Source: Octopus vulgaris
Taxonomy: Eukaryota
Direction of reading: 5' to 3'
Length of the DNA: 64,000 nt
Assembly: GCA_951406725.2 (NCBI GenBank)
Contig: OX597820.1
Location: 7,006,001 to 7,070,000, forward strand
Shown here: positions 26,030 to 39,587 of the stretch, one piece after another
How the letters are laid out: each line of letters opens with the position of its first letter
How positions within the stretch are numbered: position 1 is the first letter of the stretch
Notes under the pieces: model-generated
Told to the model about the DNA's origin: nothing
The model's input: only the letters and a program-made list of their open reading frames with translations
Databases searched by the model: none
Translations under genes and position numbers: made by a program

Positions 26030-27138
26030 TTTCAATTCATTTCATATCGTTAATGCTGCACCGAATGTGATACAAAAATGTTTTCTCAATGACTTGAAAT
26101 TTTCTTCTATTTAGAGAAAGACAGTTACATTATTTGTATAACATTTAACCAAAAAATTTCTGAGGAGAAAATGGAAAATAGAAACAGTTCGGTAGGCCTC
26201 GGACAGTCCATTCTTGGTGTGGACATGCCTAACATTTTGTATGTATTTAGGTAGGATCTCTTTTGTAGTAAACATACAAGCCATGTTTCCAGTTGACAGA
26301 TACATTTCTAGATCTCCATACAATCATTCTTGTAGATCCTGAAATATTCACGGCTTCAACCCATCCTATGAACTGTTTGAAAAAACAAAAAAGGTTTTCA
26401 CTTTTGTTTTTGTTTTATTTTTTTTTATGTTTTCGTGAATTCGATGTCAAAGTGATCCGCTGCACACATGCTTTTGTTTCTTTTATTTCAAGTGGTGAAT
26501 TCAGCCAAGCTTTCGCTTAACTCCTTTTGCTGCGGCTGGAATTTCACACTAGATCATGAGTTAATCAGGCGGTTTAGATATAAATTTATGCGAATGTATG
26601 TATTTGTGTGTGTGTGCGTATGTGTGCATGTTTGCATCTGTGTGTGCGTGTGTGTGTGTCTGTCTGTGTGTGTGTGTCTGTCTGTGTGTGTGTCTGTCTG
26701 TGTGTGTGCGTGTGTGTTACAAAAATAGAAAATATACGAGGATGAGATAAAAACAAACATAGAAGGTGTATTAGGTTAACGAAAATTGGAAGGAAAAGTC
26801 GAAGAAGTCTTTAATGTTTCGAACCTATGCTCTTTTACGGAGAGAGGAAAAAATAGGGAGAAAAAAACAAACCTGCCTGTATCAGACGGTCACCGCAAGC
26901 TATGTGTGTTTGTGTGTGTGTGTGTGGGGGGGTGTCTATATCTATTATCTTACTTGTTTCAGTCATTGGACTCTGGGCCATGCCGTAGCATCGCCACAAA
27001 GGGTTTTGTTGCTGAGATGGACTCAACTTTCTTTAAGCCTGGTGGTTCTTCGATCGGTTTCTCTGTCGAAGCGCTTGATTACTGGGATGCAAACAAACAT
27101 CGGCTGTCAAGCACTGAAGAAACAAACACACACACACA

Positions 27139-27208
<70 letters not shown>

Positions 27209-28059
27209 GCATATACGTCAGGCTTCGACACAGTTTCCATCTACCAAATACATTCACAAGGCATCAGCCAGTCTCGGACTACAATACTAGAATTATGCCT
27301 AAGCCGCCCAGTGTTCTGCAACTTAGCAGTAGGTATATCGTGATCGACAAAATAAGATAAGTACAGGTTTTGATATAATCGCTGAGACACTTCAACGTTT
27401 TGCCCCAGCGTGGTCGCAATCCAATCACTAAAGTCAGGAAAAAGACATAAGATAAAATAATTACAATTCCTCGTTACTTTCTACATTGTGTTATCCCTCA
27501 AATATGGTCGTAGGCCTTGCTGTAAGGAGAGCAGTTTGGTTTCCCAGCCACATGGTTCCAGGTTCAGTCCCTCTCCATGGTACTTTGCCTTCAACTATAG
27601 CTCCGGGCCGTCCAAGATCATATGAGTGGATTTTATAAAGAGAAATTGAAAGAAGCCCATCGGATGTATTTATGTATGTGCGTGTACGTGCGTCTGTGTG
27701 TGCGCGCGCGCATGTGTGTGTGTGTGAGTATGCGTTTGTGTGCGTGAATGTGTGTGCGTGTACGCGCGAAAGTTTGATCCCTACCACCACGTGACAATTG
27801 TTGGTTGCTCTGTTTACGATCCCATAAGCACTCATATTTTCGACCACATCTAAAATATAAGTACTGAAGTCGATTCGTTAGACGAAAATTCTTCAGGTTG
27901 GTGCCCAAGTATGGCCGCAGTGTAATGAGTGAAATAAATAAAAGATAAAACAAAGATAAAAACATAAAAAGATGTCATTTCACTAATGACCTTTTTTTTT
28001 CAGATGTGCCACGGTTTGGCTTCTACGGTTATTAAACGGGTAATTAAACACGTATAGAG

Positions 28060-28385
28060 CAGTGGTCCTCATTCGGGGCCAGTGTGGCCCCTGAGGTCCA
28101 AGCGAAGTAAAATAGAAAATATGGGATCTTCAGTGAGGATCCATGAAAATAAACTTTGCTTCATTTAGGTTTCTTTCTCTAGCGTTTTACAGAGTTCATC
28201 ATGTTTCCGGTTATAAAAACATTTACTTCCGGAGAATGCAATTCCAAACCGATGCAAGTGATTGGCTGAAAAAACAAAATAGAAATTTTGAAAACTAGTT
28301 TTTGAACAGCGAAAACTTTTGGTTGTTCATCAGAGAAAAACAGTCATCAAAGAGGTCCACAGGTAAAAATTGGTTGAGAGTATAA
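28060..28385. mobile_element. Degenerate hAT-like non-autonomous element
   Basis: Left end cagtggtcctca; right end ggttgagag, resembling CAGTGGTTCTCAAC-type TIRs. Degraded. Confidence 0.4.
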
Positions 28386-28765
28386 AGCATCTTGAAGCTA
28401 GGAAATACAGAAGACGCCATTGTATATGGTTGTACAGTGTATGAGAAATTGTCGGTTTTTGCAACGGTGGCTCACCCTAGCAGACATTCTGTGTAAGAAT
28501 CCGTTTTGAAATTTGGTTACATCAAAAGGTGATATTTTGGTTGTTATTTATATTAAATTATCAAAGAATTTTCAGACAGACGTAATTGAGTGATTTATTA
28601 AAAAAAAAGTCAATAAAACAAAATAATCTAAACCACAGAAAAAACAACAACAATAAGAACAACGAAAAAAAAAAACCAATGCAAGAAAAACGTATTAAAA
28701 GAATATTGAAAATCTTTCAAAAATCTAACGACAATATTTCCATCGGTGGTTGTATCAATAATAAA

Positions 28766-28803
<38 letters not shown>

Positions 28804-28815
28804 TAATGGTGATAT

Positions 28816-28849
<34 letters not shown>

Positions 28850-29084
28850 ATTGATGATGATGATGATGACTACGACAAGGATGTTGCTACGTTGGGAATG
28901 ATGATGATGATGATGCTGACGATGATAAGAGGTGGAGGTGAAGCAAGCGGGGAAAAAGTAAAACTATTCTTTCAACAAGCTATTAGAAAAGCTCACGCAC
29001 ACGTACATACGTACACACACACACACACACACACACATGATCTCTCTTCGTCTCTCACACACAGACATATATATTTTGTTACAG

Positions 29085-29091
29085 ATATATG

Positions 29092-29132
<41 letters not shown>

Positions 29133-29744
29133 GTGTTATATATGCATGTACATACATGTACAAATATACGTGGGTGTATATATGTATGTATATGCATACA
29201 TATATAATAAATATAGACTCATACATATATTTGTACCTATATATTCACATATAGATAAAAGTACATATACACAAACGCATATACATTCACATATATATTT
29301 TATACATACATATATATGTATATATGAGAGAGTGTGGGAGATAGTGTATATATATATATATATACACGTGTTATATATGCATGTACATACATGTACATAT
29401 ATACGTGTGTGTATATATGTATGTATATGCATACATATATAATAAATATAGACACATACATATATTTGTACCTATATATTCACATATATATTTTATACAT
29501 ACATATATATGTATATATATATGAGAGAGAGAGGGAGGCCATAGTGTATGTATATATATATATATATATATATATGCACGTGTTATATATGCATGTACAT
29601 ACATGTACATACATACGTGTGTGTATATATGTATGTATATGCATACATATAGATAAAAGTACATATACACAAACACATATACATTCACATATATATTTCA
29701 TATATACATATATATGTATATATGAGAGAGTGGGGGAGATAGTG

Positions 29745-29777
<33 letters not shown>

Positions 29778-29998
29778 GTTATATATGCATGTACATACAT
29801 GTATGTACATACATGTACATATATACGTGTGTGTATATATGTATGTGTATATATGTATGTATATGCATACATATATAATAAATATAGACACATACATATA
29901 TTTGTACCTATATATTCACATATGCATAAAGTACATATACACAAACATATACATTCACATATATATGGATATTTGAGAGAGAGAGAGAAGGGACGATA

Positions 29999-30042
<44 letters not shown>

Positions 30043-30045
30043 GTA
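29085..30045. repeat. Compound minisatellite: 3-4 diverged ~200-250-bp units built from TA/CA microsatellites
   Basis: Recurring unique anchors cacgtgttatatatgcatgtacatac, tttgtacctatatattcac, gataaaagtacatatacacaaac and gagagagtg.gggagatagtg. Confidence 0.85.
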
Positions 30046-30584
30046 AAGAAAGAGAGGAAGTGGGGTGAGGGAGAATGGTGGGGGGCAGTAGGTAGAGGTC
30101 GACATTGGTACCAGCTGCAAAACACCCTCCACACACATTAATCAACTCTATCTGCACATCGTTCCTACATCAATGTAACACTTACTCTGCCCTCTCTCTC
30201 TGCACGTGTTCATTTGGGAATATTATCTCAAGTGTTTGCAGCACTGTTTGCGCATGACTGTATCCACTTACTTGACATTGTTTAAAAGAGCAGGTCGGAG
30301 GTGGGGGTATGGAGGTAATCGGTGGAGGATGACTAACGTTGGTGAAGATCACGTGGTTATGGAACTGTAGCAAGAATCATATTGACAAAACGTCAGATAG
30401 CAACAATATTTAGGATAAATAATAACAACAATAATAATTCTTTCTGATTTTGACACAAGGCCAGCCATTTTCAAAGGAATGGATATGTCGATGACGTCGG
30501 CCCCAGTACTCAACTGGTACTCATTTTTCTACGCTCAGGTGATGAAAACCAAATCGACCTTGAACTTAGAAGACAAACCCGGCC

Positions 30585-30840
30585 GATGGTGGTGATCCCT
30601 GCTGTACTCTTTCACCACAACTTTCTCTCACTCTTACTTCCTGTTTCTGTTGTACCTGTTTTTCAAAGGGCCGGCCTTGTCACTCTCTGTGTCACGCTGA
30701 ATATCCCCGAGAACTACGTTATGGGTACACGTGTCTGTGGAGTGCTCAGCCACTTACACGTTAATTTCATGAGCAGGCTGTTCCGTTGATTCGGATCAAC
30801 CGGAACCCTCATCGTCGTAACCGACGGAGTGCTTCCATCC
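30585..30840 (+). mobile_element. SINE body (homologous to 31960-32225)
   Basis: Shared caaagggccggccttgtcac.ctctgtgtcacgctgaat...cgtcgtaaccgacggagtgct. Confidence 0.7.
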
Positions 30841-31573
30841 AGTTGTAACTGATGTGACTCGCCAGTATGAGAATGCGTTCTGGACAGGGGTAAAGCATAA
30901 GACCCATAAGAAACATTTTCAGCTACACGACCCGCAGTAAATTCTAACTGGACCCAACTTGCAAATTCATGCGCTGTTTATCTTGATATGTGATCACCAT
31001 TTCCTGCATATATGGTTTTGATGCCTGATGTACCATTACCACACACTAGTTATAATAAGTATATTGGGATTCGTTTATTTGTACTCAAAGTGACTTTGAT
31101 GGCATCTGCTGCTCTCTCATTCAATTCTTCTTCTTCTTCTTATTATTATTAAGTGTGCAGCGCAGGCCAACATAGTGACACTTGGGTAAAAATACAGATA
31201 GCCCAATATACCCATCATGATTATCTGTATGATAAGGATACACCAGGTATATGCATCACAAACATATGTGCTTGACATGATCTTTTATCAAGATAAATAG
31301 CACATGACCATGCAGGAGGGGATCAGTTTAAATTTTCTTCAGGTCGAGTAGCCTATCCCGCTCAAATAGTCCTTGAATAAGGGTTGTTTAAGGATGTTGA
31401 AAGATACACCCATTTTTCCAGATGTGAATTATTCAAACTCCAAAGAATTCCGTTCGACATATGGCTATGATGCACCCCCACTACTTCTGCTCATGATCAG
31501 AGGAGCAAATATCGCAGGCCATCAAGGGACATACTCAACTGGTTAAGCAAATCCGTGGTATTTGCTAGAGCCC

Positions 31574-31635
<62 letters not shown>

Positions 31636-31702
31636 GTTTGACTTTTGCTTTATATTTGTACGAGTTGGCTCCAGTCTCACCCGGAGACCTCAAGAGACAA
31701 CA

Positions 31703-31734
<32 letters not shown>

Positions 31735-31735
<1 letters not shown>

Positions 31736-31950
31736 GAGTGAGAGAGCAGTGCATGCCATGAAAGTGACACTGGGGTAAAATATACGAAGCCCAGTATACC
31801 CATCATGACTACCCGTCTGATAAAGGTACACTAGGCACAAGCATCACAACCATATGTGCGCGACATGGTGATCTCATATCAAGATAAACAACGCATGACC
31901 TTGCAGGTGGGGCTCAGTTAGAATTTCCTCTGGTCGAGCAACCCATTCGC
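31735..31950 (-). mobile_element. Family D (AAT)n-tailed retroposon, truncated
   Basis: (att)n followed by gagtgagagagcagtgcatgccat...; homologous to 13638-14058. Confidence 0.75.
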
Positions 31951-32228
31951 CTCACGATCATAACGTCTTGAGTTCAATACACGGCGACGCGTTGTGTCTT
32001 TGAGCAAGAAACTTTATTTCCCGTTGCTCCAGTCCAATCAGCTGGCAAAAATGAGTTGTACCTGTATTTCAAAGGGCCGGCCTTGTCACACTCTGTGTCA
32101 CGCTGAATCTCACTGAGAACTACATCTGTGGAATGCTCAGCCACTTGCTCGTTAATTTCACTAGCAGGCTGTTCCGTTTGTCGTATCAGCTGAGACCCTC
32201 GTCGTCGTAACCGACGGAGTGCTCCTAC

Positions 32229-32279
<51 letters not shown>

Positions 32280-32451
32280 GAGTGAGTAGATAGATGAAAG
32301 AAGGGCACTTGAGAAATGTATTGATTGTTACATGTATATAGATAGGTTTGATGCCGACCCCTTGGTAGAATGAGTTTCAAGAGTGTGGGTAGTCTTTGAC
32401 GATTGGGGTCTGAATTAGACTATTTTGACCTATCTATCATCCTATCTGTCA

Positions 32452-33209
32452 TCTACCTGTCGGCTCTACTCCTGCAACTAAACTTGATTTCGAGCCGGGT
32501 CGTCTGCTGCTGGAGAGGACCGATCAGGTAAAGGACCTGGGTATCTTGGTGGATTCCTCCTTTTCGCCTTCGGCCCAGTGCGTCCATGCTGCCAACAAAG
32601 CGCGCGGAATTCTGTTTTTGATTCGACGGTCATTCGGAATGCTCACAGCAGCCATATTCCTGCCACTCTATGTCACGCTGGTGAGACCCATATTGGAGTA
32701 TGGGATTCAAGCCTCTTCTCCTTATCTCCTCAAAGACATACAGCACCTCGAAAGAGTCCAGAGGCTGGCTACCCGCATGGTTCATGGTCTCAAAAATTTG
32801 TCCTACGAAGAAAGGCTGAGGACGCTCGACCTTTGTTCTCTTGAAAAACGCCGCCGCCGTGGTGATCTCATTCTCGCCCACAACATCATAAGCGGGAAGT
32901 GTAACCTCTCGAAAGAGCTGTTCTTCACTCCTGCTCCGGAGCGTCGGCTGCGGGGTCATTCCGAAAAGCTCTACCTGCGACGATTTCATCTCAATCGAAG
33001 GAGAGGAGCTTTCTCCGTCCGGGTTGCGGATCCGTGGAACAAGCTGCCAGACGAGATGGTGAAGATGCCGACGACCGCTTTGTTCAAAGCCTCCCTGGAC
33101 CTCAAGGAGCCTGAACTCTTTACATGAACACCACCCTGTACTTAACTCCATGTCCCCCTACATGGCCTTGCTATTTGCTTTTGAGCCAAATTAACTAACT
33201 AACTAACTA
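32452..33209 (+). mobile_element. CR1-clade LINE, 5'-truncated 3' end
   Basis: KDLGILVDSSFS...YVTLVRPILEYG...ERVQRLATRMVHGLKNLSYEERL..LDL.SLEKRRRRGDLI...FSVRVADPWNKLP is the typical CR1 RT C-terminus. The short 3'UTR ends in (TAAC)n. Confidence 0.92.
32546..33127 (+). CDS. CR1 ORF2 reverse transcriptase C-terminal fragment (frame extends upstream to ~32453)
   Basis: Uninterrupted reading frame with the conserved CR1 motifs listed for the element. Confidence 0.85.
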   Translation: MVDSSFSPSAQCVHAANKARGILFLIRRSFGMLTAAIFLPLYVTLVRPILEYGIQASSPYLLKDIQHLERVQRLATRMVHGLKNLSYEERLRTLDLCSLEKRRRRGDLILAHNIISGKCNLSKELFFTPAPERRLRGHSEKLYLRRFHLNRRRGAFSVRVADPWNKLPDEMVKMPTTALFKASLDLKEPELFT

Positions 33210-33368
33210 TACACACGCACACCCACACACATATATTTGTCATGTCGTTTATGTAGGTTACTAGCAATTCAGTGACAGCTTTAAAGTGTACTTAACAAAA
33301 ATATATTCGCGATGCTGGTCCGCTGAACTCTACAGGTGTTTTGATTCTCTCTTTATTTTCTCTTATTC

Positions 33369-33404
33369 CTTTCTGTTGAAGAGCGTAGGCTCGAAACGTT
33401 AAAG
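33369..33404 (+). ncRNA. Hammerhead-like variant (non-A6, extra A)
   Basis: cttt|CTGTTGAA|gagc gtag gctc|GAAA cg T T|aaag. Related copies at 42533-42567 (-) and 26809-26844 (-). Confidence 0.5.
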
Positions 33405-33588
33405 ACTTTTTCATTTTTCCCGAGCGTCAAACTAATACACTTGTTCGTTGCTCATTCACATGTCTTCGTCTTTTGGTTTGCTATTAATTTTGTTGGTTTG
33501 CTACAAATTATATATATAGTTGAAATTTGCCTTTAGCACTTGAAATATGTGACAAACATATTATTTCAACTAACCTAAATTAAATATA

Positions 33589-33639
<51 letters not shown>

Positions 33640-34644
33640 GTGAGTTCGTGTGTCTGTGAGTATATGTATATATACAAATATATATACACATTAATATATA
33701 CATAAATATATATGCACATTCACATATATATACATATATATATATATATGTGTGTGTGTGTGTATGTGTGTGTGTGTGTGTGTGTGCGTGTATGTGTGAT
33801 CGTGTCCATGTAGATGTGTATGTCTCGTCTCCCTGTATGTATGCACGTGTTTCTTCACTATCAATAATCTGCATGATAGCATAAACGGTGTCTCGAAGTG
33901 ACTAGAGTTTCATTTTGTTGTTTTTTTTTTTTTGTTCTTTTTTTCTTCCCAGGTGTTAAGAGAAAATAGCATGCATTATTTGTCAAGTCGTTTTATGTAG
34001 GTTACTAGCAGTTTGATGACAGCTTTGAGGTGTACTTAACGAAAATACTTTCCAAACTTGATTGACTCGACCACTCATAAATTTTGCGTCACACAACCTC
34101 ATTCCACTACTACTACTACTACAACTACTATTACTACTACTGGTGGTGGTGATGATGATGATGCGACCGCATTCAAGTTTCACTTTCGTTTTCACCGACT
34201 AACAATGTGTTTTCTCTCAGCTTCCTTCGTTTTTAATTTTCATTTTTTCCTATCACACTTCCTCACTTTCTCTCTCTTTCGTTCTGTCTCTCTCTCTCTC
34301 TCTCCGCCTTCATACTCTACTATCCTTCCTACTCTCTTCTTCATCCTCTCCCCTTTCTCACTTACTTTCCTTCTGTCTCTCTCCTATCACTACATTCTAC
34401 ATGCAATTCTCTTTTCCAATTCTCTCTCTCTCCCTCTCTCTCTGTCTTTATATTTCTATCCATCTATCTCTTCTCTCTCCCTTTCACTTACGCTGGATTC
34501 TTTTTATTCACATGCTTTTTATTGTTTTTATTTTCTTTTAGCTTCAGTGTTTTTCCTCGTAATTTCACTTTTTCGTGTTAGCTTTTACTATTATTATTAT
34601 TATTATTATTGTTATTATTATCACTATTATTATTAACATTATTA

Positions 34645-34676
<32 letters not shown>

Positions 34677-34741
34677 GTTGTTGTTGTTGTTCTTATTATT
34701 ATCACTATTATTATTAACATTATTATTATTATTATTATTAA

Positions 34742-34783
<42 letters not shown>

Positions 34784-34942
34784 CATTATTATTATTGTTG
34801 TTGTTGTTGATGCTGCTGCTGGTGTTATTGGTGCTGTTACTATGATTATTTCCATTATTATTTGTCCTATTGTTGTTCTTACTATCATTATTAGTATTTG
34901 CTATTATTTACATTACGTTGATATATATATATATATATGTGT

Positions 34943-34980
<38 letters not shown>

Positions 34981-35548
34981 CAATGTCATATGATATATAT
35001 TTATTTGTTTATTTATGTGTGTGTGTGTTTGTATATTTGTTATTTACTTTTTGTCAAAGTCTTCATTTGTTTCCGTGTTCATTCGAGTTAGCAAAACATT
35101 ATTATTGTTTCCATCATCACAACACACACGCACGCACACACACGCACACACACACACGCACGCACACACACACACTTATTGTTTTATTTATCTTTCTGTT
35201 TCTCTAATGCTTTCTTTCTTTCGTTTTCTAGTTTTCCTGTTGTCTTTTTCCTGCGTTTGTGTTTTTTTGCTTTTTTGCTTTTTTTTGGGGGGGGGGCTTT
35301 TTGTCTTTGTTTTTTTTTTTTCTGCATTAAGTTTCGCCATGTTGATTAAACAGTTTGCACACAACGGTTGTGATTACGATTGTGGTTGTTGTGGCTTTAA
35401 ACTCGATGCTAAGCTTGCGTTATGGATTAGACAATTACGTCAAGAACCTAGTTACAACACACACACACACTGACACACATGCACACACCCACATACATAC
35501 ACACAAATACACCCACACGCACACACATAAAGAAACAAAATCAATAAA

Positions 35549-35583
<35 letters not shown>

Positions 35584-35624
35584 GTATATTCGTGATACAT
35601 ATGCATACCTACATATATACACAT

Positions 35625-35665
<41 letters not shown>

Positions 35666-36073
35666 AACAGACATATGTATACATACACACGCATGGGTAT
35701 CTGTGCACGTACAAATACACACTTATACATGCATATATACAAAAGCAGAAATTTGTATTTACACACATACATATGCACTGAAATACATACGTGCATATGC
35801 TTGTGTGCATGCATGTATGAATGTATGCATGTACGGAACAACGTGCAAAGTAAAGTCAAAAACAATTAGAGGATTTATGCAAGAGATGGAGGAAAACAAA
35901 GTGTGTATATAGTATGTGTGTTGAGTTTCTTCCGGTAAATACTCGACTCACCTTACTTTCACTTCCAGTTCTAAACTCATTAATGGAGCTGACGTCGGTA
36001 ATTTAACGACATGTTACTGTGCAAAAGAAACTGAGGAAATGAAAAGCCCCACCGCCGTCGCCTTCAACACCGA

Positions 36074-36108
<35 letters not shown>

Positions 36109-36689
36109 CCACCACCATCATTGTCATCATCATCTTCATCTTTAGCATTACCGTCATCATATCAACACAGACGTCGTCGTCGTCTACGTTTTCGCTCTAT
36201 GATTTTCGTCGATGTCATCAACATTAGCACATTTGTTAACGTCATCAGAATCATCTTCTTCTAACTCGGTACAGTCAACTTCATCATCATAATCGTCATC
36301 ATCATCATCATCATCACCACCACCACCATCCTCATCATCATATTCATCCTCGAAGTCACATCAGCGTCGACGTTGGAAGTGATGCTGACACCAGGATTGT
36401 CATTAACTCCTATCCGTATATAAATATTCTTTTATTTCATTTGTGTCATGTGACAGCGGCTATACTGGAGCGTATTCATGTATATGTGTATTATGTATAT
36501 ATAAATATGTATGTATAGGAGTGTGATAAGGATGGCCTTTTGAACTTCAGGTACAATTCATTTTTGTCAGGTGAGGGAAATGAAGCAATGAGAAATAGTC
36601 TTGCCCATGAATATAACCCGTGGTTGGGAATCGAACTCATGACCTTACGATCTAAACCTGAATACCCTAACCACTAAGCTACGCACCTT

Positions 36690-37400
36690 CGCTTTCGTGA
36701 GGTGCGTTCTATAAAATAATACTGGTATTCCGAAAGCAAGTCAAAACCAGCTGTGGAAAGCATGATGCTGGACGGAGTGGGGCCGTAGACCCGTGAAACG
36801 CATTGTTTCTAAAAACTATTTCACTAAGGAACCAGAAATGAATGTAGCGCTAAAGAACTTCGGTGCCAACCCTGTGTCAACCGAAATTCTTCGCCGTCAG
36901 CTCCATATAGTTGTATACCATGGAAGGGTTCCAATTGCTAAACTTCTTCTGGCCCCCAACAACATTGAGAATCAGATGGGTGTTGTGTACAATATCAAGA
37001 GTGGTCAATGGCTCAATGGAACAATATCATCTTCCCTCTTGAAAGATTAATCACCTTTTTCTCTACTTCAGAGTGAGTTTCTGTCTGGATACAGCCCAAA
37101 GAAGATTTCCACTCCGGTTGTTTGGTCCGCACCATGAAATATGGAGGCGAATCTGGGATTATTCCAACAGCAATATCACAGAATTCAACCCTAAGATACC
37201 GATATTACTTCTCGTGGGAATATAGTCTTCCAGGACAATAATGCGTCGCTTCACACAAGTTAATGTTATTCCAAATATATATGAAGATCAGAAAAGGGGA
37301 GTAGATCATATGATCTAGACCCTACAATCCCAAAATCTCTGTATAATAGAGCAATCGGGTCCATTTTTGAGCACCAACTCAGAAACTGCTTCCCACCGTC
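36690..37400 (+). pseudogene. Tc1/mariner transposase remnant
   Basis: VSTEILRRQLHIVVYHGRVPIAKLLLAPNN (cf. VS..TVRR.L...G..GR...KPLL), VFQDNNASLHT (cf. FQQDNAP.H) and QSQNLCIIEQ (cf. QSPDLN.IE). Contains stops and frameshifts. Confidence 0.7.
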
Positions 37401-37971
37401 ATTGTTCCTGTAAAAGCTAAATCCTCTTTTTAATTACAGAACAGATAGACAGACAGGCAGACACACAGACAGACAGCCAGACTGCGACAGAGAGATAGGT
37501 CGATAGATAGCAACGATATGATATTGCAGATGTTGATAATTATATGAACGCTCCGGTATGTTTTGAATATTACTTTGTCCGGTTTGTGTACACAAACACT
37601 GCTCTATATGTGTGTATGTGTCTGTGTGCATATATGCTTCTGGGCTTTGTGTATGTGTCTGTTTGTCTGCTATTATGTGCATATTTGGCATTGTGCTTTT
37701 ATTGTATATACTCGTGTTTGCCTGCATATGTGATTTCTTTGTGTGCATATGTACGTAAGTACCTCTGTATGTTTGTGTATATGTCTGCATATGTGTGTGT
37801 GTGTGTGCCTGCATATATTATATATATGCATGTATGTATGTTCCAGTATATATATACATATATGTTTGTGTGTGTGTATGTAAATATGTATATGAGTACA
37901 TGGGTATACGGTGCGTATATTTACAAACGCCATACATATACGGACACAGATGGAGACACACATACCCCCCT

Positions 37972-38030
<59 letters not shown>

Positions 38031-38904
38031 TGTGTATACCTGTATGCGTATGTGTGTATGATCGTGTGTACCTGTTATAATTACATGTCTCTATGTATGT
38101 ATTCCTCCACTCGGACCGGATGATTTACCAAATATTAAAAACACTTGGTGATATCACCGATAACTTCATATTATATCTCTCAACCGCACATTGGCCTATT
38201 AACTTTTTATTTATTTATATTTTCCTATCTTAATATCCCATGATTCATCGCTCTCACCACACAGATCATCAAAAAAAATTACAGAAAAATTAATATTTTA
38301 ATTAGAAAACGCACCTCACCCTATATTGTTTTCTTTATTCTGTTTTCTTTTTTTTATATTCTCTTTGTTGTTTGTCATAGTTTTTTTTTTTTTGTTTCTG
38401 TCTTCAGTTCTTGTTGTTGCTGCTGTTGTTTTTAGCGTTGCTAATAGTGTTGTTGCTGTTTTTATGTCGATCTAAATAATGATTTTTGTCTATATTTTTT
38501 GTCTTTTTCGTCCATTTTTCATCTTTGAATTCCTTTTCTTTCTTTAAAATTTTAATTTTTTTTTTTTTTCAGATTCAGCAAGAAATTATGTTATATAAAG
38601 ACCGAAGAATATTACAAAAAAAGAAACCAGAACGAAGCCACAGATTCTAAGAATCTCAATAAACTACTTAGAGCTGGACTAATTGAAGAATAAAAATCTT
38701 AACTGGAATATATTCGACATTAACCAAATCGCGCTGCCATTCTTTATCGACCATTTAACACATGTCACAAAGTGCCACTTGAGTTTTCTTGTTTTCTCTG
38801 AGTTTTCAAGAAATATCGGTTATTATTATTTTGTAATATATTAAAAATTCCATTATTTCTTCTAAATACATAAACCTCCTTCATACATTCAACGAAATAT
38901 TTTA

Positions 38905-39328
38905 TCATTATTCTTTTTTATCTCAGGTTTTGTTATAACTCCTGGAGATTTGCAAGTGTAGCGGGCTTCCTGCCTGCAGCCAACGGTGCCATCAGTTCTA
39001 CTCAACTACCTAATACTTTCCTAATTATTCTGGCCGTGCCAAGGAGGCAAACCTTTCGTAACAATTCTACTGGGCACTCTATTCCAATTTTCTTTATATT
39101 CCTCTTGGTGCTCTCTGATACTGTCCCCAACGACCCAACAATAGTTGGCACTATCTTCACCTTCTTCATTTTCTATAGCTGGGCTATCTCGTACATCAGA
39201 GGGTTGTATCTATATATTTTTTCGCCTTACTTTTGGATTATTCGTGGGTAAACGGAGCATGCAACATCAATTATGTAGCACATGTGATACACCTTGTCCA
39301 CCACCCCTAAATCCAGGTTGTTATGATC

Positions 39329-39330
<2 letters not shown>
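38905..39330 (-). mobile_element. R4/Dong-like LINE 3' fragment with restriction-like endonuclease domain
   Basis: Minus strand: HNNLDLGVVDKVYHMCYIIDVAC...EKIYRYNPLMYEIAQL*KMKKVKIVPTIVGSLGTVS, then after a frameshift IGIECPVELLRKVCLLGTARIIRKVL. Abuts an (AAT)n tract. Confidence 0.85.
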
Positions 39331-39369
<39 letters not shown>

Positions 39370-39570
39370 TGGCAGAATCGTTAGCACACCGGGCGAAATG
39401 CTTAGCGATATTTCGTCTGCCGTTACGTTCTGAGTTCAAATTCCGCCGAGGTCGACTTTGCCTTTCATCCTTTCGGGGTCGATTAAATAAGTACCTGTTA
39501 CGCACTGGGGTCGATATAATCAACTTGCTTCCTCCCACAAAATTCGGGCCTTGTGCCTAGAGTAGAAAAT
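39370..39570 (+). mobile_element. Family A SINE (alternative tail)
   Basis: Head, B-box and core, then the tail ggccttgtgcctagagtagaaa followed by (att)n. Confidence 0.85.
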
Positions 39571-39587
39571 ATTATTATTACTATTAT

